64,000 bases of DNA from Eledone cirrhosa (lineage: Eukaryota). Each line of letters begins with the position of its first letter. Within the stretch, counting starts at the first letter, position 1. The DNA lies in the NCBI GenBank assembly GCA_964016885.1, contig OZ024741.1, positions 379,130,001-379,194,000 on the forward strand. Direction: 5' to 3'. Below are positions 52,867 to 64,000 of this stretch, one piece after another. Below the pieces are notes generated by a model. That model had not been told where the DNA came from. It made no database searches and saw only the letters and a list, made by a program, of their open reading frames with translations. Position numbers and translations under genes: made by a program.

Positions 52867-55030
52867 ATGCGAAAACACAATATCGACTTCTCTACCAAGA
52901 ACATCCCAATCCCACCGAAAAAACTTTACCTTCGGATGCTCACGCAAAAAATCGATCTATTTGCGAAAAGACTTAGATGGAGGACTTTTTTCTACGACTG
53001 ATTCTGCGACAATCAGGACTTCGGTACCAAGGAGAGATTCGGATTAATTACCTACACATCCCCCCCCCGAACCCTTTGCTCTCACCCTTCGAGAATGACC
53101 TCTTCTAACTGGTCAAGAACCTTAAATTCAAATCCAGACACAACCGATTCCTACAAAAACTCCGTAGCAAATTAACAGAGTATGATAACACCAATGACAT
53201 CATGGTGCATTCGGATAAAACTGGGAACCTATACTTTGTCAACCCCGACAGATACCACACACTGATCAGGAGCAGCCTAAACTCCTCCTATAAAAAGGCT
53301 AACCACTCATGCATCGAGGACATTAATCGAGATAGACAACAAATTACCTCCTGCCTCGGCGTCGCCGACCGCACCGAACCTCTAGACGCACGGACACCCT
53401 ACTTCACACTGAAGAACCACAAATCCGATTTCGACCGTAAACCATCTATCAGGCTTATTAACCCAACGAAGTCCGACATAGGGAGAATCAGCAACAAAAT
53501 CCTAGACCGCGTGATACCAAAAGGCAAGCAACACGCCCGACTTAGCCTATTGATCAACACCCAGGAAGTTATCTCATGGTTCAGCAATTTGGAGGATAAA
53601 CGAGACATTAAATTTATCCAGTTCGACATAGAGAGCTACTATGCTTCAATCACCTTACCGCTACTTACTGCCGCCTTGGACTTCGCCGAAGCACTTGTGC
53701 TCATCACCGACCAGGAAAGAAAAATCATCCTCCACGCCAGGAAGATAGTCTTACTCTTTGACAACTCCAAATGGATAAAAAGAGCTCCTGACTCACCCTT
53801 CGACGTCAGCATGGGCGCTACGGATTCGGCGGAGGTCACAGATCTTATAGGATTATTCCTTATAGCCAAACTCACCGATATGTTTCCTGCTTTCGCTGGT
53901 GGATTGTACCGTGATGATGGACTCCTTACCCTTAAAGGGTACAACCCCAGTAGTACAGATCGGGTCCGTAAACAATTAATCAGCTTCTTCCGCGACTGGG
54001 GATTTAAAATAACCCTACAAACGTCCCTGATCCGAGTTAATTTCCTGGACGTTACCCTCGATCTCAATAATGATCTGTACTGCCCATACAGGAAACCCAA
54101 TGACAACCTGCACTACATCCACCGCCGATCTAACCATCCTAGGAACATCACCAACAACCTGGTCAAAAACATCTCCCTCCGTATATCCCGTTTGTCAGCT
54201 AATGAGAAGATATTCGATGAACATGCGCCTTACTAGAACCAGGCCCTCAAGCGGAGTGGTTTCCGGGAGTAAATATCCTACTGTCCAGCTCCCATTAGCG
54301 GAACCAGCAGGCGACACCGCCGCTCACGCAATGTAACAGGGTTCAATCCTCCCCACAACGCCGAGGTGACAACTCCCATCGGGAAAATTTTCTTTAGGCT
54401 TATTGAAAAACACTTCCCACCACAACACCGCTACCACAACATAATTAACAAAAATACCATCAAACTCTCTTACGGCACTACACTTAACTTCGCACAAAAC
54501 ATCGTCTCCTCCACCAACAAAAAACTCAACCCCGATGGAAGAAACAACCTAAATATCAGTGGAGAGCCGACCAGGAGGTGCAACTGTCCTGTTTGATCCA
54601 GTTGCCCCCTCGACAACAGATGCAGAGACCGTGATGTGATCTACCAGTGCAACGTGAGCACGGACACCTCCAACAAATCTTATATAGGATTAACCGTATG
54701 CGACTTCAAGACCCGGCTATACCAACACAGACATACCTTCCGAAACCCGGCCCGGCGTCACGCCACTACACTTTCGGGCCACATATGGGACCTCAAGGAC
54801 AACAACATTAACTATGATCTCACTTGGGATTACTGTCCAGAGCCAACTCTTACACGGGAGGACGCCGTCCGTGCAACTTATGCTCGGAGGAAACATTACA
54901 AATGCTGTTTTCGACGGACCAACTCCTAGATAAGAAAGATGAAATGGTTACTGCATGTAAACATCGATTACGTAGGACTTACCTCGCCCTCAAACCCCAT
55001 AAAGACCCGGGGGGTAGACTAGGGCTATAA
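52867..55030 (+). pseudogene. Disrupted PLE RT + GIY-YIG ORF
   Basis: MRKHNIDFSTKNIPIP, FIQFDIESYY, MGATDSAEVTDL, GGLYRDDGL, VNFLD, YIGLT..FKTR, CNLCSEE; several stops and frameshifts. Confidence 0.95.
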
Positions 55031-56191
55031 CACCCCACTTGCCTATTTTGTAATGGGTAACCCCTGCTTGCCAATGGAGACGTAAGATCTTCTTTTACAT
55101 TCTTTTATCGCTTCCTCTATATTTCCTCCTTCCCCCATCCCTCCTTAGTCCTTCTACCCCGGTTCCTTTTCTTTGTCGTCGTCTTTTTCTCGCCCACCCG
55201 AGGTAGCCTATCGGTCCCTTGTAGCTTCAGCACCCCCAACCCCTCCCCTATTCTATGATAGATTTGGCTGACTCCGCTTTTTATAGCAGAGGTGTTAGAC
55301 TTCGGATACTCGCCCGTTTCTCCGACCGCTGTCCCGTTTTTCCGTGCTTCTATATTTCTTAGTGGCATCTTTGCTTTAATTTCTCGTTTTTCCAGTATTT
55401 CTTTCTTCTTTTTCCCTTTTTTTTTGGGGGGGGGGTGTTCCTGTATTAACTTTCCGTTCTTTACTTTTACTTCGTACGATCTTTCATGTAGCTTGTATAA
55501 GACTTTTTGTTTGGAGCACTAGTATTTTTTTGCGGGACTCTGAATTATATTCTCGTACTAGTTTACTTTCTTGCACTGGGTGGTTGCTGGCCCTGTGATT
55601 GGGGTAGAAACCATTATTATTTTCGTGGTAGTCACTTTAGTATTCTGCCCCCCCCCCCTTTGTTGACCCGCCACCGTACGATACACGCACTTATACCTCG
55701 TATAAGTGTCCCTTCATTTCCGTCCCACATATTTTATTTCTATTATTATTATGTATTTTTTTATTTTTTTATTCTACATTATATATATATATTCTCTTTT
55801 TTTTTTTTTTTTTCATTTATTTATCTATTATTTTATTCACTTATTTGTTTATTTATTTATTTATGTATTTCTTTAGCCTAGCAATAGCGAGAGACTTAAG
55901 TCTTAGTAACCAGATTTTTTTTTTCTCAGTACCTTTTATAGTTTTACCTTTCATTGTTCTACTTACCGTTTCGACCTCCTCCCCCTCCCCCTCCCCAGTA
56001 TCTTCTTTGACCTCACACCCAGCTGTAGCTGGCACTACCAACGCATGAATGGGTCTACTCCACCCCTCTCCCTTTTTCTCCTACCGGCAGGTTTAGCTAC
56101 CCCTTCCCCCATCAAATTGCCATCACAGATTTACTACTAACTTGTGATGTGACCAATCCTGGTGATTATCTTTTTGACCATATATGGAATT

Positions 56192-56285
56192 ATCCCTTGA
56201 TAAGTTCGGCTATTTAAATACCAGAATAAATTTTCATTAAGTACAGAATTAGCCGTCGAAACGGCTTGAGCTCAGCCGTCGGGGT
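56192..56285 (+). ncRNA. Type I hammerhead, U3-A8 core (3' pseudo-LTR copy)
   Basis: Same motif as 52588-52681. Confidence 0.75.
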
Positions 56286-56411
56286 CTTACTTGTTCCTAT
56301 TACCCACTCTACTACCCTAAGTATTGAGTACTTTGGTGCGTTATGGTCCACCTGGTTCCTTACCACATTTCCTTCGTTATATATATATATATGCATATAT
56401 ATATATATATG

Positions 56412-56458
<47 letters not shown>

Positions 56459-56463
56459 ATATA

Positions 56464-56533
<70 letters not shown>

Positions 56534-56542
56534 TAGATAGAT

Positions 56543-57620
<1,078 letters not shown>

Positions 57621-57624
57621 AATT

Positions 57625-57689
<65 letters not shown>

Positions 57690-58249
57690 GACAGGGGTGG
57701 GGGGAGACAAAATGGCTTCACTTGTGCTTTCAACAAATTTATTTTCTTCACAAAATCCAAAAAGAATTTCTCTTAAAAAAAATTATTTTATAAATTAAGT
57801 TGTTGGTTGTTGGTTAGGTCTTAGGAGTTCTTGGTTAACGTAGGAGGTATTGTTTCGTTTTTAGAAAGATCGTTCACGCTGAGGTGCGCTTGTCAAACTG
57901 ATGTGTATGTGGTGTGTTGTTCTATATATAGGGATTTAACATGTATGTGGTGTGGTGGGGGTTTCTTTTCTCCCCCTTTAATAAGTGCATGGGTGTAGGT
58001 GTGTTGAAAAAGTGTTCATAGCAGTAATGAGTTGAGACAGTCAGAAGGGTTGGGTGGGGAGAAATGTAGCAAGTGCGGCTTGCCCCAGTCATTCTCGAAA
58101 CATTCCTTTATTCAGGGGAAAAAGCTTTTAGCATTGCTTTTGTGTTGAGAATGGTCACCGGCAAATCGCACCTGTCAAGTTTGTGAATAATTCTTTTTTT
58201 CTTTTTTTCCTGAAGAATTTGTCTATGTCCATCCCAAAGTTAGACCTTT

Positions 58250-59625
<1,376 letters not shown>

Positions 59626-59707
59626 TCACCGTTCATTCAGATATTCATGTGTATACATAAGAAGAGGGAGGGGGTAGTGAAATGGAATTTTACCTCCGAG
59701 TGTTAAT

Positions 59708-61975
59708 TCATTTTTTCGTGTTCAGTAGTGGTTTAAATTTTTCAATGAAGAATTCTTCTTTATATCTGCGGAAATGTTCGTTATCCGACCATATCTTGAA
59801 GAAAGGGAAGATCGTGAATTTTACCTTCCCGCATGATGCAAAGTGTGCGCTACATGTGGTATTTCTGACTGTGGGGTCTTTAATCTGTTGTTTATGTACC
59901 CGGACTCTATCATATAATCCCGTTCCGGTTTCCCCAATGTAATACTCTTTACACTGTGGACATGTTGCGCAATATATTAGGTTTTTCGTTTTGCAGTTCA
60001 TGTTAGCATTGACCTTCAAATTATCATGGTTTTTGAATGACAACTGTTTGCCTTCTTCGATGAGTTCACAGGTTCCACATCTAGGGTCTCCCCATTTCGT
60101 CACTTGCATTGATTCCATGTTGGTCGTAAATTTTGCCTTGGTAATTAGTTTTTTAAGGTTGGGTGCTTGGCGTCTGCTATAAATTATCTGTGTGTTTTTT
60201 AAGAGTGCATTCATTTTGGTAGATTGCTGTAGAATCGGGAGATACTGCTTAGCAGTTTTCACAATGTTGATGTTCCCTGGGTTGTGAGTGATGACAAAAG
60301 AGATAGCAGGATTTTCTTTTTTATGTTGTGGGTTTGGTTTTCTCAGTGTTATTATTGGGATGTTCTTAGCCTTGGAGATGGCTGCGTTGATGAGTTTCAT
60401 CGGGTATTCTTGTTTTTTAAGGAATTGATTCAGGTCACATAATCTTTTTTCTTGTAGTACGGGGTGTGTTGCTATAGTGCAGATGCGCCTTGCCATGTTG
60501 AAGGGAATGTTCCTTTTCGTATGTGAGGGGTGTGCTGACCGGAAATTTAAGTATTGGTGTGTGTCAGTGGGTTTGCAAAATAGGTCTGTTATGATAGTTT
60601 CCCCTTCTTTAATGATGAGGATATCTAGAAAGGGCAGTTCCTTTTCGTTACATTCCATAGTGAATTGTATAGCTTCATGAAGCCTGTTTAGGATCGAATA
60701 CAATTTTTGTAGGTCTGTTTGACTTCTGTTCCAGAAGATGAAGCAGTCATCTAGGTAACGTTTCCAGTTTTTATTAATGTAGAAGGCGAAGTCGTGACTG
60801 AATGTTATCTGTAGTTGGGAATATAATTTTGCCTCTGAGTGACCCATAACGAGCGTTGCATATGTAGGGGCCACTTTGGTATCCATGGCTGTTCCTTTTA
60901 TTTGTAGATAAGGTTCGTTGTCAAAGAGGAAGTGGTTGTTTTCCAATACTAATTTAAGTCCTTCCAAGATGAATTCTTTGGGGAATCTTTCTGAAATGTG
61001 ACTTGAGTGTTTTGTAATCCAGAAGTCCACAGCTTCAATCCCTAGGTCGTGTGGGATGTTAGTGTACAGGCTTATTACATCAAAACTGACTAGGATTGTA
61101 TCCTGGTGTACTTTTTGGGGGATATAGTTAAGGAATTCCATATCATCTCTGATGTAGCTTGGAACTTTTTTACATAGGGGTTTGAGTATGATGTCTAATA
61201 GGTTGCTTAGACGTTGTGTGCTTGAGGCTGGGCCAGCAATAATGGGGCGTAATTTTAACTCTGTCGGTTTTGGTGCTTCGATGTATGATGTATTTTTCCC
61301 TTTTATGTTGTTTTGGAGTTCTATGGATTTGTGAATTTTTGGTAATCCATAGAAATTGCTGGTTTTCATTTCGAAGTTGGTTAGGTAATCTACTTCTTTT
61401 GGTGTTAGGTTGTTTTGGTACTTTGTTGTTAGTTTGCCTATTTGGTTCCTCGATTTCCTTTCTTCGTTTTTAGTGATTTTCCTGTAGAAGTTTTCGTCAT
61501 TCAAGTGTGCTAGGACCATATCTTTGTAGTGGTTTGTGTCCATGATGACGATTGCTCCACCTTTGTCCGCTTCTTTTATTATTATTGAGGAATCTCTTTG
61601 TAGCTTGTTCAATGCTAGTAGTTGGTCTGTAGGGATGTTGCATTTGTGTTTCGTCTCGGCCGTATTTGTACGTGCTGATCGGCGAAGGCAGGTTATGTAT
61701 TCCTCCAGGTATTTATCTCTATTTAGCGGGGGTGTGAAGTTCTTTTTGTTTTTCACCAGTGATTCTTCCTCGTATTGTACACCCTGGAAGAATTCTCCTA
61801 AGCGTAATTTTCGACAGTATTCTTCTGTGTCTTTTATAACATCGGTTGTATCTGCTTTCGGAGTGGGAGTGAACTTCAGTCCATTTTCTAACAGTTGTAT
61901 TTCTGGTTGTGTTAATTTCTTGGCTGATATATTGATTATTTTTGGTTCGATTGGTTCTTTCTCGTCAGGTGCCAC
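59708..61975 (-). CDS. PLE reverse transcriptase + Cys-rich linker + GIY-YIG endonuclease
   Basis: GLKFTPTP, ADKGG, FYGLPKIHK, LRPII, SFDVISLYTNI, RYLDDCF, LPFLD, PRCGTC, NLIYCATCPQCKEYYIGET; the frame is open upstream to 62098 with no ATG there. Confidence 0.95.
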   Translation of the reverse strand: MAPDEKEPIEPKIINISAKKLTQPEIQLLENGLKFTPTPKADTTDVIKDTEEYCRKLRLGEFFQGVQYEEESLVKNKKNFTPPLNRDKYLEEYITCLRRSARTNTAETKHKCNIPTDQLLALNKLQRDSSIIIKEADKGGAIVIMDTNHYKDMVLAHLNDENFYRKITKNEERKSRNQIGKLTTKYQNNLTPKEVDYLTNFEMKTSNFYGLPKIHKSIELQNNIKGKNTSYIEAPKPTELKLRPIIAGPASSTQRLSNLLDIILKPLCKKVPSYIRDDMEFLNYIPQKVHQDTILVSFDVISLYTNIPHDLGIEAVDFWITKHSSHISERFPKEFILEGLKLVLENNHFLFDNEPYLQIKGTAMDTKVAPTYATLVMGHSEAKLYSQLQITFSHDFAFYINKNWKRYLDDCFIFWNRSQTDLQKLYSILNRLHEAIQFTMECNEKELPFLDILIIKEGETIITDLFCKPTDTHQYLNFRSAHPSHTKRNIPFNMARRICTIATHPVLQEKRLCDLNQFLKKQEYPMKLINAAISKAKNIPIITLRKPNPQHKKENPAISFVITHNPGNINIVKTAKQYLPILQQSTKMNALLKNTQIIYSRRQAPNLKKLITKAKFTTNMESMQVTKWGDPRCGTCELIEEGKQLSFKNHDNLKVNANMNCKTKNLIYCATCPQCKEYYIGETGTGLYDRVRVHKQQIKDPTVRNTTCSAHFASCGKVKFTIFPFFKIWSDNEHFRRYKEEFFIEKFKPLLNTKK

Positions 61976-62172
61976 TTGAAAGGTGGTGCTTTTTTCTTTT
62001 TTTCTTTCATTTGGTGCGAGGCCCCTAGTCCTATAAAATGGGGGCCATTTGGGATAGGGGTGTTTCTGTTGTGGTGAAACCTTTGGCCCGCCGGAACTTC
62101 ATGTCGGTAACTGGTTGGGCGATAGACTCTTGCGTGGCCGTTGCTGTATGGGCGTCTGGTTCTTCTGTTGAT

Positions 62173-63126
62173 TCATTCAGTATTCATGTGTCTTTGATTT
62201 TGTCTCCGGTGATTGTTCTTGGTGTTATGGCAGTGGTTGTATCTGGTTCTGGTGTTGAGTATTGGGTCTGTATGTAGTTGTGTGTTTGGGGTTACCCAAT
62301 ACCTGGTTGTTGTTGGTTTATTGTGTGTGGGTGCTTCATTTCTTGTGTTGTTGTATTTTCCTGAGTTCTGGGGTTTCCTATGTGTTTGTTTTCTGGGTTT
62401 TATTTGGTCTTTCCCATAGTTATCTTCATATTCTTGAAGCCATTGAGTTCTTGACTCCTGTCTAGTTGTATCTGTCTGCCATAGGTTAAGGAGTTTTTCA
62501 CGTACATTGCCGCTGCTTCTTTTGTTTATTTCCTCTTGGATGGTGGTGTCGCATTTTTCAAATTTCTCTTTGAATTTTGGCACTCTTAGGCGGAGTAGGG
62601 TGATTTCGGTCTCAAGTGTTTGGAGTGCTAGATTTAGTCTTGTTGCAGTTTCTTCCTTTGATTCCGATGGTATTTCTTTAATTCGGAATTTTCTCGGGAG
62701 GATAACTGGTTCCTTGCTACGCCATATTTCGTATGTGTCCGCTAGGTTTTCACTCCTCAAGGCTTTCCAGTATGCCTGTTTCCTTTGATTTAATAAAGGG
62801 TTCCAAATGTTTTTCATCTGGTTTCTTTTTCTGTAGGCTTCTTTTTCTAGGTTCAGTTCATTCCATTCTTTGAATGCATTATTGGTGATGGAGTTCTGTT
62901 CATGTGTAGCTATTTCAGGAGAAAAGGTTTGTTCTTGTTTTTGCCGGTCTGTAATTAGTGAATCAAGTTTTTCCCTATATCTGCGTGTTTGTTGTTCCAT
63001 TTCTTGTACGGCATTCGTAAAGGAATCATATTTATCTATTATTATGGTGAGTTTTTCTGATATTTCCTGTAGTAGTGTATCCGATTTGAGGGATTCAGTA
63101 GAGGATTTTGAACGTGTGTTAGCCAT
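62173..63126 (-). CDS. Upstream coiled-coil-rich ORF1 of the Neptune element
   Basis: ATG just inside the pseudo-LTR extension; E/K/Q/L-rich helical 317 aa; past one TGA the frame stays open to 61936. Confidence 0.75.
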   Translation of the reverse strand: MANTRSKSSTESLKSDTLLQEISEKLTIIIDKYDSFTNAVQEMEQQTRRYREKLDSLITDRQKQEQTFSPEIATHEQNSITNNAFKEWNELNLEKEAYRKRNQMKNIWNPLLNQRKQAYWKALRSENLADTYEIWRSKEPVILPRKFRIKEIPSESKEETATRLNLALQTLETEITLLRLRVPKFKEKFEKCDTTIQEEINKRSSGNVREKLLNLWQTDTTRQESRTQWLQEYEDNYGKDQIKPRKQTHRKPQNSGKYNNTRNEAPTHNKPTTTRYWVTPNTQLHTDPILNTRTRYNHCHNTKNNHRRQNQRHMNTE

Positions 63127-64000
63127 TCTGTCTTTACAAGGGGATAGAATATTGGAAAATGTGTGTAATCCTTGGTACAGTTAGGTATATGAAGACAGGG
63201 GGGAAGAAAAAATGGCTTCACTTGTGCTTTCAACAAATTTATTTTCTTCACAAAATCCAAAAAGAATTTCTCTTAAAAAAAATTATTTTATAAATTAAGT
63301 TTTTGGTTGTTGGTTAGGTCTTAGGAGTTCTTGGTTAACGTAGGAGGTATTGTTTCGTTTTTAGAAAGACCTTTCACGCTGAGGTGCGCTTGTCAAACTG
63401 ATGTGTATGTGGTGTGTTGTTCTATATATAGGGATTTAACATGTCTGTGGTGTGGTGGGGTTTCTTTTCTCCCCCTTTAATAAGTGCATGGGTGTAGGTG
63501 TGTTGAAAAAGTGTTCATAGCAGTAATGAGTTGAGACGGTGAGTAGGGTTGGGTGGGGAGAAATGTAGCAAGTGCGGCTTGCCCCGGTCATTCTCGAAAA
63601 ATTCCTTTATTCAGGGGAAAAAGCTTTTAGCATTGCTTTTGTGTTGAGAATGGTCACAGGCAAATCGCACCTGTCATGTTTGTGAATAATTATTTTTTTC
63701 TTTTTTTCCTGAAGAATTTTTCTACGTCCATCCCAAAGTTAGTCCTTTGTTCAACACACACATATGTGTGCATGTACGTACATACACACACGGGCATATG
63801 TAGGAATATATAGGCACACACCATCAATCACACACCCATGTACAAATACATACACAAAAACAATTCTTTTTGGATTTTGTGAAGAAAAGAAATTTGTTGA
63901 AAGCACAAGTGAAGCCATTTTTTCTTCCACCCTGACTTAATATACCTAACTGTACCAAGGATTACACACATTTTCCAATATATATATATATATATATATA

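Larger units (their letters stand above)
51738..56378 (+). mobile_element. Full-length Penelope-like element with two direct pseudo-LTRs and an inverted upstream copy
   Basis: Pseudo-LTRs ~52214-52776 and ~55835-56378; inverted copy 51738-52212; ORF remnants 52867-55030; (TA)n at both ends. Confidence 0.95.

Noticed and set aside
53639-54106. Antisense ORFs over PLE RT genes (also 59991-61979 and 62038-63184)
   Set aside because: Shadow frames of the retroelement coding strand
52999-54596. TGA stops in the 52k PLE as selenocysteine, as in Naiad elements
   Set aside because: TAA and TAG stops and frameshifts also interrupt the ORF; the TGAs are not at conserved Cys positions; no SECIS recognised

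Overview
AT-rich, microsatellite-dense animal genomic DNA. The dominant SINE and the repeat style suggest an octopus or other cephalopod, which is an inference. No intact host gene is visible, and the window consists mostly of nested transposable elements. It holds at least six Penelope-like retroelement (PLE) insertions: five of the GLYRDD / C-terminal GIY-YIG type (probably Hydra-like clade), plus one near-intact Neptune-type element with an extra upstream coiled-coil ORF overlapping RT in the -1 frame. About a dozen type I hammerhead ribozyme (HHR) motifs lie in pseudo-LTRs. A non-coding 317-bp tandem/inverted HHR repeat looks like a retrozyme and carries a compensatory U3-A8 core. Also present are non-autonomous Helitrons, tRNA-type SINEs, RTE, CRE and piggyBac relics, MITE/foldback structures, and faint colinear relics of decayed polypeptide GalNAc-transferase genes. 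All calls were made by eye and boundaries are approximate.
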